Notes under the pieces: generated by a model
The model's database searches: none
Seen by the model: only the letters and a program-made list of their open reading frames with translations
Told to the model about the DNA's origin: nothing
Translations under genes and position numbers: made by a program
Part shown: in pieces, positions 39,349 to 50,400 of the stretch
Layout: every line of letters begins with the position of its first letter
Position numbering within the stretch: position 1 is the stretch's first letter
Source of the DNA: Anolis carolinensis
Lineage: Eukaryota
DNA length: 64,000 nucleotides
Direction: 5' to 3'
Assembly: GCF_035594765.1 (NCBI RefSeq)
Contig: NC_085843.1
Span: 39,509,955-39,573,954, forward strand

Positions 39349-40757
39349 CTCTATAGGGACACCAGAACACATTTTTAGGGTCTTAAAGTTTATAATTTAG
39401 GTATCCAAAGAAAAGGAGCAGGTATATTTATGATGGGAATGCAAGTGTTGCAAACATAAGCATTCTCTGTGTGAACAACAATTTTCAATGTCTCACTGTC
39501 TAGAATGATAGAAATTTGGGGTCTGAAAAAATTCCATTGGGGTGGAAGAATTTTTATGTGATGGATAGCACTCTCATTTTGCCATCCCCATAGCTACACT
39601 CTTAAGCTCGGCCACTGCAAATCCTTCCTCACCTGTCCCTCCTTAGAAGTATTCTTCATAACCATTTGACAGGTTATCAGTATGAAAAAAACCTAGCCAT
39701 TTTCTAGGGGCAACTTGTAAGCTGTTCCACAGATCAAAGTGGAAACCCTTTAATAATGATAAAAAGTGGCATAATAATATATTGTTTTTATTTTAAAACA
39801 AAGCCTGATATCATCCATGCTCCCCTCTGAGGAATCAACTGATTCCCAGCTTTTGCTTCCTTCCTCCATAACATCAGCTATAAATCAGTTCTGAACTTTC
39901 ATGCTGACAGCAAAAAATAAAAATAAAATAATGAGAAGGTACCCCTCCCAAGGCTTCCATCAAATAGGTCCTGCCATTTCTTTTCTTCTTCTTCTTTCTC
40001 ACTTCTCCTTATTTATTTATAACAGTATCTTCCTTTGGAAAGATTCATTATGGGTGCAGGGATGAAGGTGAGTTCAGATCAAAGCTCCCATGAGGCCTCA
40101 TTCCCAGCTTTCTTTCTCTCGCCTTTTCTGCCTCGAGCCCTTTTCAAATATCTCCCTCTCACCGTCCACAGTGGACAGAAATGACACATCCATGACATAT
40201 AGAAAACTCAGAAGATGTTTGGAAAAGAAGAAAAGTTTTAGTTTCCCATAGGCACAGAATCATTTGTTTTATACCCTGACTGCTAAGAATTATTAATGAG
40301 TTTAGACATGAAAAAATCTCTCCAGTATCTGTCTGTTGATCTATCTATTTAGATACAGAGATAACAATTTTCTAATGTTTTGAGTGTTGTAACTGACAAA
40401 AGTTACCAGATCTTTTGAACAATTCATGTATTTCCTAGACACAATGGATCTACATACCTACAGAAAGGCAGACAGACCTTTATATGTAGACTGAATGGAG
40501 ATGTGGTAGAAAGACTGCTGATTGTGGATGGAGAATGCATGAGGCTAAAAACATGCAAGCAATTTCCCTCAATCTGAACACTATACAGTTGGTACAGCCC
40601 AGATTTGCATTGGTGGTTTTTAAGAGCTGTTGTTGATTCCAATTTTGCATTTAACCTATTAAGACTCCTGATCCTTTTCATGATTAATGCTGTCAAGCCA
40701 GGTGTTACCCACATTACATTTGTTTGTCTGATATTTTTCTCATCTAGATGTAGGCAG

Positions 40758-42518
40758 TAGGGTTGGGCAAATTTTTCATATGCCTGTTAAATTCATATCA
40801 AATTCGGATCTAAAGCACTTTTGAAGTGTGTTTCAACGCACCTGCTCACTGCCATCCTAATATTAAGAATTTGAATGAAAAGGCACCTTTTTTTTCGTCT
40901 GTCACCCCGCTGAGAGGTGAAGCCAAACATGTTGGCATGCCTCTCAGCCAATCAGGGCTGACAGAAGAGGGAGGGAGAGGCAGGGCCATCGTTCTTGTAG
41001 CCTTTTAAAAAATGTTGTTTTAAAAAACTTTGAAAATTCTTAAATAACAGTGGATGGGCCAAACGTTATCAAACTTGATAGGCAAAGAGTGGTAAATATT
41101 TTCTGCGATTCTAGCAAATTTCATCCCAATAGCTTTAAAAATGGAGAACGGAGCCTCTGAATTTTCCCAATTTATTTAAGGGGAAGCGAGGAGACGCCAC
41201 GCTGGCACTAAACTACATTTCCCAGAAGCCTTGGGCTAAGCCAATCAGGGCTGGAGGGAGAGGCGAGGCCATCATTCTTGTAGCCTTTAAAAAATGTTGT
41301 TTTAAAAAACTTTGAAAATTCCTTAAATATCAGTGGATGGGTCAAACATTATCAAACTTAATAGGCAAAAAGTGGTAAATATTTTCTGCGATTCTGGAAA
41401 ATTTCATCCCAATAGCTTTTAAAATGGAGGAGAATGGAGCCTCTGAATTTTCCCCATTTATTTAAGGGGAAGCAAAAAGCCATATGCCTGGACGAAACTA
41501 CATTTCCCAAAAAGCATTGGGCTGAAGCAATAGTACTATGCCCGCTTTAAAACTACAATTCCCAGATGTCCCAGGCCCTCTCTCCTCTTAACATTCCCCA
41601 CCCCCTTTTGTCTTCACTTGACCATCTTGACTAAACTCTCATATGTGAATTCTTGGAAGGTATGAGAAGTTTAGAGAGAGAGGGGGAGAGGGAGGGAGAG
41701 AGGGAGGGAGAGAGAGGTTTGAGGGTTGAACTCCAGTTTGTGGCTTGATTCCCCACTCAGCCATGGAAACCCACTTGGGCAAGTCACACATTCTCAGCCC
41801 CAAAAAATCCAACAAAACAGGAAATAGCACTTTCAAACCAGGAACAGATTTCCTTATTCAGAGACTGATGGCCCTCTGTCAGGAGTGATTTGATGGTGTA
41901 CTATGATTTCTGTTACTGGGTGATAAATGTCATTTCCTAATTGGTTCTGTCATAGAAACATGGCTGAACTTTATTACACTGCCTGTCTTTGCGCAAGGGA
42001 CATGGTGCTATGATAGCACAATATGGTTTACTGGGACACTGTGTCCACCAATTTCACTGAGTTTCAGCCACAAAAACAAAGTTTCTGAAGTAGAACAATG
42101 ATTTTCAAAGTAAAGACAACCCAATGAAACAGGAAATAACACCAGGAACAGATTTCTGCAATTATTAAAAATGGTTTTTATATAAGCTATGGAAATTCAC
42201 CAAAATTCAGAAGATAATGGAAATGTTCTGAATTTTGGTGAGCTAGCAGTGTTAAATGTGTTCTACCACTGTACCAAGTCTGAAGATAGCTCAAAAAATG
42301 AGGATGGGAAAGTCCTGTAAAGTTTCCCCCAGTGCTGTTTTTGGCCACAGCGTATGCTTGTCTGCCATTAACAAATTAATTACGAATATTATGAATATTC
42401 GTTAAGTTTCAAAAATTTTGGGGTCAAAATTCGGAAGTAGTTTCAGAAACGAAACACCAGTGCCCCCTACTTTAGAAGCGAGTATTGAACCATTTTTTTC
42501 ATGGATCGCACATGCCTA
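40758..42518. mobile_element. 1.76-kb non-autonomous hAT element with TAGG termini
   Basis: Perfect 8-bp TSD GTAGGCAG at 40750-40757 and 42519-42526; imperfect TIRs TAGGGTTGGGC / GCACATGCCTA; internal duplication with a period of about 290 bp; SINE fragment at about 41715-41800. Confidence 0.8.
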
Positions 42519-43646
42519 GTAGGCAGGAAACTCCAGCTGAAATTCATTTTGTTAGTTTAGGCCCAGTTCTCAAGCCTGCTAAAATTTTGCTGAATCCAGA
42601 TTCCGTCTTCTGAATCTGAGGCATCAGATGAAAATATTATTTTAGTGTTTTCTGATTTGATAAGTATGTTCTCTATTTGTTCATCTCTCAAATGTCCAAA
42701 AGTGTTGAAAAAATTTGGATCCATGGATGAGCATACTTTAGTTTCAGAACAACTAAAGAACAAGTCATTCCGAAATACATTTGACTTAGACCAAAATATC
42801 TGCTTTCAATACAATTCAACCATATCTGTTTAATACTGTAGATATGTGTATGTGTATTGCTGATAGGCTTTTTTATACCAGGAAATCTCTGAATAAAGTT
42901 TTGGATTAGTATTAGCTGCTCCAATTTATGAAAATTTGTTTTGAATTTCTGTAGGCCTAGCGAATATACTCATGTATAAGTCGACCTCATATATAAGTCA
43001 AGGGCAAGCTTGATGACCAAAATGACAGATTTTGATATGACCCGTGGATAAGTCAAAGGTCATTCTACAGAGAAGGGAAAACACTCATTCAACCTCAGGG
43101 AGCTAGCCATCCCTGGTCACCACTATTTTACTGCCGAGGCATTAAAAAAGGTCAGAAGCAGTGCTGCAGCAGAGAGAGGAAATGAAGTCAATGTTTCTTT
43201 TGCCTACTCCTGGGATGGCTAAGCTTTTGCCTTTCACAGTCTTCTCAGAGAAGAGAATGGTTCCTTTTTTATAAGAGTTAAGGTATAGTAATAATAATAA
43301 TAATCATCATCATCTTTATGTATATCCTGCCACCATCTCACTGAAGGGACTCAGGGCGGCTTACAAGGCACTCCAAGGTGCACATATAACATACAACAGG
43401 TAAAAATGGTACAAAAGTATAAAACAAGCCACATAAAATTATACAACAACCCCCAACAACACATATAGCATAAAATGAGAATAATACAATTTTAAAACAA
43501 CAGTAGATAACTGCCGTCAATTCACAGAGTGCCAAGTGTCAGCTTCATATGGGCACATTCATCTTACTCAAGGTCAAAGGCCTGTCTGAACATCCATGTT
43601 TTCAGGTTGGAATGGAAGGATTGAAGGGTAGAGGCTAAGCTAATCT

Positions 43647-44212
43647 GGAACATGGCCATACAGCCCAGAAAACATACAACAACCCTGTGATCCTGGCCAT
43701 GAATCATAAAATCATAGAATCATAGAATAGTAGAGTTGGAAGAGACCTCATGGGCCATCCAGTCCAACCCCCTGCTAAGAAGCAGGAAATCGCATTCAAA
43801 GCACCCCCAACAGATGGCCATCCAGCCTCTGCTTAAAAGCCTCCAAAGAAGGAGCCTCCACCACGGCCCGGGGGAGAGAGTTCCACTGTCGAACAGCTCT
43901 CACAGTGAGGAAGTTCTTCCTGATGTTCAGGTGGAATCTCCTTTCCTGTAGTTTAAAGCCATTGTTCCGTGTCCTAGTCTGCAGGGCAGCAGAAAACAAG
44001 CTTGCTCCCTCCTCCCTATGACTTCCCTTCACGTATTTGTACATGGCTATCATGTCTCCACTCAGCCTTCTCTTCTGCAGGCTAAACATGCCCAGCTCTT
44101 TAAGCCGCTCCTCATAGGGCTTGTTCTCTGTGAGGAGCGGCTTAAAGAGCTGGGCATGTTTAGCCTGCAGAAGAGAAGGCTGAGAAGAGACATGAAAGCC
44201 TTTGACAACACA
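43647..44212 (+). mobile_element. Short Penelope pLTR 3' end split by CR1
   Basis: GGAACATGGCC..GGCCATGAA, then CR1, then CATGAAAGCCTTTGACAACACA; flanks AGCTAATCT / ATCTAATCT. Confidence 0.8.
43704..44190 (-). mobile_element. Young CR1 3' fragment with fold-back 5' end
   Basis: Uninterrupted CR1 ORF2 C-terminus (43796-44089, ..RAVRQWNSLPRAVVEAPSLEAFKQRLDGHL); (CATAGAAT)n tail; TSD CATGAA. Confidence 0.92.
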
Positions 44213-44651
44213 ATCTAATCTCTTTTGGGAGGGTATTCCAGAGCCGGGGGGCCCTCACAGAGAAGGCCCTCTCTCTCGTCCCCCACCAACCTCACTTGAT
44301 ACAGTGGGGCCAAGAGAAGGGCCTCCCCTGTCGATCTCAGAGCCCGCGCCGGTTCGTAGAAAGAGATGCAGTCATGAAAATAGTACTCTCATTGACCTGT
44401 AGATAAATTAACCCAGGTTTTTTTGGTTGATTTTTGGACTAAAATTTCTAGACTTATACATCATTATATAAGGTATGTACAATTGTTTTTCATTTTATTG
44501 ATAAACATTATGTTGCATTTTATACTTCCCTAACTTGCTTTGTTTTGTCAGTTAATACATTTGAAGTCAAATTTATCCCAATGTCTTTTGTTTAGTCTCA
44601 GTGGATTACAAACACTCCTCATTTGTGATAGAGCACTGTATGACAGATACT

Positions 44652-44975
44652 GGAGCCCCCAGTGACACAGCAGGTTAAACCGCTGAGCTGCAGAACTTGC
44701 TGACTGAAAGGTCAGCAGTTCGAATCTGTGGAGTGGGTGAGCTCTCATTGTTAGCCCTAGCTTCTGCCAACCTAGCAGTTCGGAAACATGCAAATATGAG
44801 TAGATTAATAGATACTGCTTCAGCGGGAAGGTAATGACACTCCATACACTCATACTGACCATATGATCTTGGAGGTGTCTACGGACAACGCCGGCTCTTT
44901 AGCTTAGAAATGGAGATGAGCACCAACCCCCAGAGTTGGACACAACTAGACTTAATGTCAGGGGAAAACCTTACC
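44652..44975 (+). mobile_element. Full-length Sauria SINE
   Basis: GGAGCCCC start, GTTCGAATC B box, BovB-like 3' end with ACCTT tail; 12-bp TSD ATGACAGATACT at 44640-44651 and 44976-44987. Confidence 0.9.
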
Positions 44976-45866
44976 ATGACAGATACTATTCAGACTTGGC
45001 CAAATTTTCTTGAACAAAAGGCATTATATGTCACAAGAATATCTTCTCCTCTCTGACAGAAAAAAATATGATAATAAATTGATGCCTTTTTATGACACTC
45101 ACTATCATCTACAAACAAGCACATGACCAGTTGTGCTTAGGCCTGTACCTGTGTTCACATTTTTTTCTTTTTCTCTCAGTGGCCTTCACAGTTATAGGTA
45201 TGGTTGCTTCAAGTTTTGCTTGGCAAATCCTGCACATAACTTAATAATCTTAAACTTTCTTTTTATGTCAACCTCTTCCAGATTCTTCATGCTACCTCAT
45301 CTCTTGCCCTTTGTGTATCCCTTCAAAGAAGGAAAAAGCCAAAAATCTCATTTGCCTCTTTTTTTTTCCTTTTTTTTTTTCTTTTTTGGAAAAGGGACCC
45401 TAAATGGAACTGAGGTATTGTGGGTACTTTTGTGGCAATCATTATTGTTCACATGAATAGAACAGCTGAAAGTGAATCTGCCACTTGGTCTCTTTTTCTG
45501 AGAACATCATTTGCTGATGGTATTGCAGAGCAGACCTTAGATATGGAAATGAGAGAGAGTGTGTCTCCCTCAGAAGTTGTTCTCTGCTTTCAAGTGTGTG
45601 AGAGAGAGATGGGAAGCAAAAGGGGTAAGTTAAGCTCCTCAAAGGATTTGTCAGTGCTAGACTTTTCCCCACATGCTGTTCTGCTGCTAGCACCAGAGCA
45701 CCACAGCCACGGAGAACAATGGCAAGTGCTTGTATTAGTACTATTGTGTCACCTACAGGACCTCTCTTCCACTTGCAACAGTTGAAAATTAGATGTGCTA
45801 CTGTCAATATAAAAATAAAAGAAAGGGGGGGGGGGAGGAGATATGATTAGTTAAATTATAAAATAG

Positions 45867-45905
<39 letters not shown>

Positions 45906-45918
45906 CAGATAGATAGAT
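45867..45918. repeat. (AGAT)n microsatellite
   Basis: Seen directly. Confidence 0.95.
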
Positions 45919-46461
45919 CAGACACAAGACAGCATCCCAGTTATTGTCCTTGCTGGTAATGTCCAAGAGCTTGGAAAAGTTACTTTTTGATGTACTGTAT
46001 AGCTCTCACAATCCACCAGCCAGTTTGAATGCTGACCTGTTGGCCATTCTGGTTGATGATTCTCAGAGCTATATTCCAAATAAGTTACTTTTCCTGTCTT
46101 TGTCATGGACATGGAAATTGTCGGCCATGTTTAATTAACTGGTATACCACCTGTCCATCTAAAACGGGACTCAAAGTGACCAACAATATAACACAGGCGA
46201 AATATGGAACAATAACATGATATGTAATGAAGACATATCAATTAGGAATATCAGTTCAGAGTACATCCAGTAAAGTCCCAACACTCAATTGAATACAGGA
46301 ATCAGCACCCCCCCCCCCCCCCCAAAATCATTATTAAAAGGCTCTGGGTTCAATCCCTAGGACTGAATTTTACATAGGAAAGAGTGAAAAAGAGCATTAG
46401 GAAAGTGTGAAAAAGAGCATTGAGCAATGTGGCAGTGCCTGTGCTCTGATAACTGCCTATT

Positions 46462-47432
46462 TGTCACGACCCAGGCTGCAGAGCACCAATAACCATACAC
46501 AGAGGCCAGAATCTATCTAATATCTTTATTGAAGGAATATATAAAGTTAATAAAAACAAGTGTAGAAAATAGTTCAGAATTAGACCTTTCAGGAAAGGTC
46601 AGAATTAGTCCAAAAAAGCAATGTCCAATAAAAAATATTAAGGTCCAAAGTTGTAATCCAATAACCGAAACACTCACTTTGCCAAGCAAAGTGAGGGGAG
46701 ATGACAAGGTCCTTTAGTCCATGAAACTTGAGCGAGGCTAGGAAATAACTTGATACTTGAAACAAGGCTTGAACGTGGAACAAGGTAACTAAGAACAAGA
46801 ACAAGGTCCGTGGAATAACTTGATAAATCCGTGGAACAAGGCAAGGATTGATCCTGGGAAACAAGGCAAAGTCCGTAGATAAACAAAGGCTGGGAAGCAA
46901 GGCGAAGGCTGGATAGCTAGGCAAGGCTTGAGCAGGAGCGAGGCTTGAATCGGAGCGCGCTGTCCAGACACAACTCGCTCCGTAGGCTGACGAATTGACT
47001 CCGCGAAGTTACTACGCGGGTAAAACACCTAAATAGAGTCTAGCTTTCCCGCCGAAGCAGTTCTCTGGGAATCAGAACCGAAAGCTAACTCTGAGACCAG
47101 ATGTGAGACTCCCCAAAGATTCTCACGAGAAGCAGTCTTAATTGGCCACATTCTTAGCTGCAATCCTTGCACTCCTGCGCGAAGCTGAATCCAAACTTCT
47201 CTGTTGTTTACAAAACTCCCGGCGCAAGAATACGGGAGAAGTAGGCTCTGGGCTTGTTTGACATACTTCTGGGAGACAACTTTCTTGCAGGTGCAAGGTT
47301 CCCAGATCTGCCTGGGAAAGATCTGGCTGAGAGGAATCCAGTTCAGACTGGGAAGGTAAAAAACCCAAGTTTTCATCTTCATCAGGAATTACAATGTCCT
47401 GAGCAGGACTACAAGGCCCATGGGTCATCACA
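46462..47432 (-). repeat. 3' LTR
   Basis: Direct repeat of 51913-52883 (offset 5451); minus-strand AATAAA at 46525-46530. Confidence 0.97.
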
Positions 47433-50400
47433 CTATCCCCCTCCTCAAGGCCCCTCCCAAACTGGGGCCCTCTCCCCGAGGCGCGAGGTCGTGGTTTGGT
47501 GGGATAGGTCTGATGAAAGCGACGGGTTAGATCAGGAGCATGGACTGTGGAGGCGTCTTCCCAAGAGCGTTCCTCAGGGCCAAAACCCACCCAGTCAATG
47601 AGATATTGTAGGCGGCGGCGGTGAAAGCGAGAATCCAAAATGTCCTCAACCTCGAACTCCTCCTCCCCATTCATCAAAACAGGAGGGGGGGCCGGTTGGT
47701 CTGTATCAGGTCGCACACCATCCGCCGGAAGGAGCAGGGAACGGTGAAACACTGGGTGAATGCGCATTGAACGCGGAAGTTGGAGTTTGAAAGTCACGGG
47801 GTTTAATTGCGCCACCACTGGATAGGGACCAATGAAACGGGCATCTAACTTCCGGCAAGGGCGGTGGGAGGGCAGAAAGCGAGTGGACAGGAAAACCCGA
47901 TCTCCTACCTTGATTTCGGGGCCCGGCTGGCGATGTTTGTCAGCGTGGCGTTTATAGTCCTCCTTGGCTTGATCCAGTTGCTGGAGCAAAAGTTGTTGCA
48001 CCGCTGTGAGTTCCTGCAGCCAATCCTCTGCTGCGGGAACCTCTGAAGTTTCAATGACAGGGGGGAAGAAACGTGGATGGAAGCCGTAGTTTGCAAAGAA
48101 CGGCGTTTCTTTTGTAGAAGCTTGAACTCCATTGTTGTAGGCAAACTCAGACAGTGGTAACAGAGAAGCCCAATTGTCCTGTTGATAGTTTACATAACAG
48201 CGAAGATACTGCTCCAAAGTGGCATTGGTGCGCTCCGTTTGCCCATCTGTTTGGGGATGATGAGCTGAAGATAAGCGAGAGTCTATGCCCAATAGTTTTT
48301 GTAGTGCCTTCCAAAAACGAGAGGTGAATTGAGATCCACGGTCTGTGACTAAACTCTTGGGCAATCCATGTAGTCTGAAAACATGTTGAAGGAATAGATC
48401 CGCAGTTTCCTTGGCCGTGGGGAGGCCTTCGCAGGGAATGAAATGGGCTAACTTGGTGAATAGGTCCACCACCACTAAGATCGTGGTGAATCCACAGGAA
48501 GGTGGTAGGTCAGTGATGAAATCCGCGGAAATTATTTCCCATGGGCGAGATGGGGTAGGAAGGGGGTGTAAAAGCCCTGAGGGCTTCTCCCTTCGTATCT
48601 TGGAGCGCTGGCATACTGGGCAGGTGTTGACATATTTTTCCACATCCTTGCGGATCTTGGGCCACCAAAAATCCCTTAGGATCAAATGCATAGTTTTAAA
48701 TAGTCCGAAGTGTCCTGCTGGTTTGCAGTCATGACACAGACGAAGCGCTTTTTCCCTGCCCGGTCCGGGTGGGATATAAACATGATTTCTATAGCAGAGC
48801 AGCCCATCTTTAAGCGAAAAGGGAAAATGCAGACCTTGGCGAAGTTGGTCCTGCGCCCAGGCATCTGCTTGCTGACTAGCCCTGATTTCTTGAGCACAGA
48901 TGGGTCCTGGAGTAGGGGAAGTTGAACCAATGGGAATGGATTTGGTGTTCCCCACCGTGAGCGTGGCAAAGTTCTCAGGTTGTAGCAGTTGGGATTCAAA
49001 GGTCTCCTTGCGTCCTGCAGCGTATTCCGGTTTACGTGACAGGGCGTCTGCTTGCTTGGTTTGGGCTGGGGTCACATAATGGATCTGGAAGTTGAAACGT
49101 TCAAAGAATAAAGCCCAACGTTGCTGCCTCTGATTTAGTTTGCGGGCAGTTCTTAGATGTTCTAGATTACGATGATCAGTGTGGACTTCAATGGGAAATT
49201 TGGCCCCTTCTAGCCAATGTCTCCAAGTTTCAAAGGCTGCCTTTATGGCCAGTAGTTCTTTTTCCCAAATGGTGTAATTCCTCTCTGGTGTGGTTAGTTG
49301 ACGAGAATAAAAGGCACAGGGGTGGAGGTGATCTCCCACCGGTTGTAAGAGTACAGCCCCAATTGCCACATCAGAGGCGTCCGCTTGCACCACAAAAGGG
49401 GTTCCAGGATTTGGGTGCTGTAGAATTGGCTGGGAGGTGAATAGTTTCTTTAGTTGCTGGAACCCTTTCTCTGCTTGATCAGTCCAGCGGAAAGGCTGCT
49501 TTCCACGGATGCAGCTAGTGATGGGGTCGGACCAGCGGGCAAAATCTGGAATGAACTTGCGGTAGTAGTTCGCGAACCCCAAGAAACGCTGCACCTCTTT
49601 CTTGTTAGTTGGCGCCCGCCATTCCAATACTGCTGAAACTTTGGCTGGATCCATGGAAAGCCCTAGAGGCGAGATGCGGTAACCAAGGAAATCTACCTCT
49701 TGTAGATCAAAAGCGCATTTTTCCAGCTTGGCATAAAGTCCATGATCCCGCAATCGTTGTAACACCATTTTGACGTGGTTCTCATGTTCTGATTGTGATC
49801 TGGAAAACACCAAAAAATCGTCCAGGTAGATTATCAAGAACCTGTCTAGATAGTCCTGAAAAATGTCATTGACAAAATGCTGGAACGTTGCGGGGGCTCC
49901 GCATAAACCGAAATTCATAACTCGGGACTCAAATAATCCGAATTTGGTCTGGAAGGCGGTCTTCCACTCGTCCCCTTCCCTGATGCGAACTAAGTTGTAA
50001 GCCCCCCGAAGATCCAGCTTGGTGTAAACCTTGGCTCCTCGAAGCCGATCCAGTAGATCCGAGATTAAGGGCAGGGGATAGCTGTTCCGCTTGGTGATAT
50101 TGTTCAATGCTCTGTAGTCCACCACCAAGCGTAGTTCCCCTGACTTCTTCTTCACAAACATCACTGGGGAGGCGGCTGGGGATTGAGAGGGTCTGATGAA
50201 TCCCTTGCGAAGGTTTGTCTCTAGGAATTCCCTGAGAGCTTCTTGCTCTGGTTCAGTCAGGGAGTAGAGATGCCCTCGCGGGATCGGGGCCCCCTCCACC
50301 AAGTCAATGGCACAGTCATAAGGTCTATGTGGGGGTAATTTTTCGGCTTCTTTCTCATTGAATACATCCCAATACTCGGAGTACTTCTTTGGCAAGGTGA

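Larger units (their letters stand above)
43291..44379 (-). mobile_element. L2 3' fragment (interrupted)
   Basis: L2 tail at about 43291-43365; ORF2 C-terminal remnant at 44222-44370; TSD ATAGTA. Confidence 0.8.
42960..44473. mobile_element. Tc2/pogo-like non-autonomous element split by nested insertions (host parts 42960-43290 and 44380-44473)
   Basis: Degenerate TIRs GCGAATATACTCATGTATAAGTC / GACTTATACATCATTATATAAGG flanked by TA; collinear with the uninterrupted inverted copy at about 59105-59520. Confidence 0.7.

Noticed and set aside
45420-45807. Overlapping 121-aa ORFs on both strands
   Set aside because: No recognisable domain, clear splice signals or codon bias
46375-46420. 23-bp tandem duplication (similar ones near 4897-4938 and 15371-15405)
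   Set aside because: Two-copy slippage duplications with no spacers; not CRISPR-like or otherwise informative
46513-47601. env-like or accessory ORFs in and around the LTR
   Set aside because: Short alternative-frame ORFs duplicated only because the LTR is duplicated; no room for env and no recognisable domains
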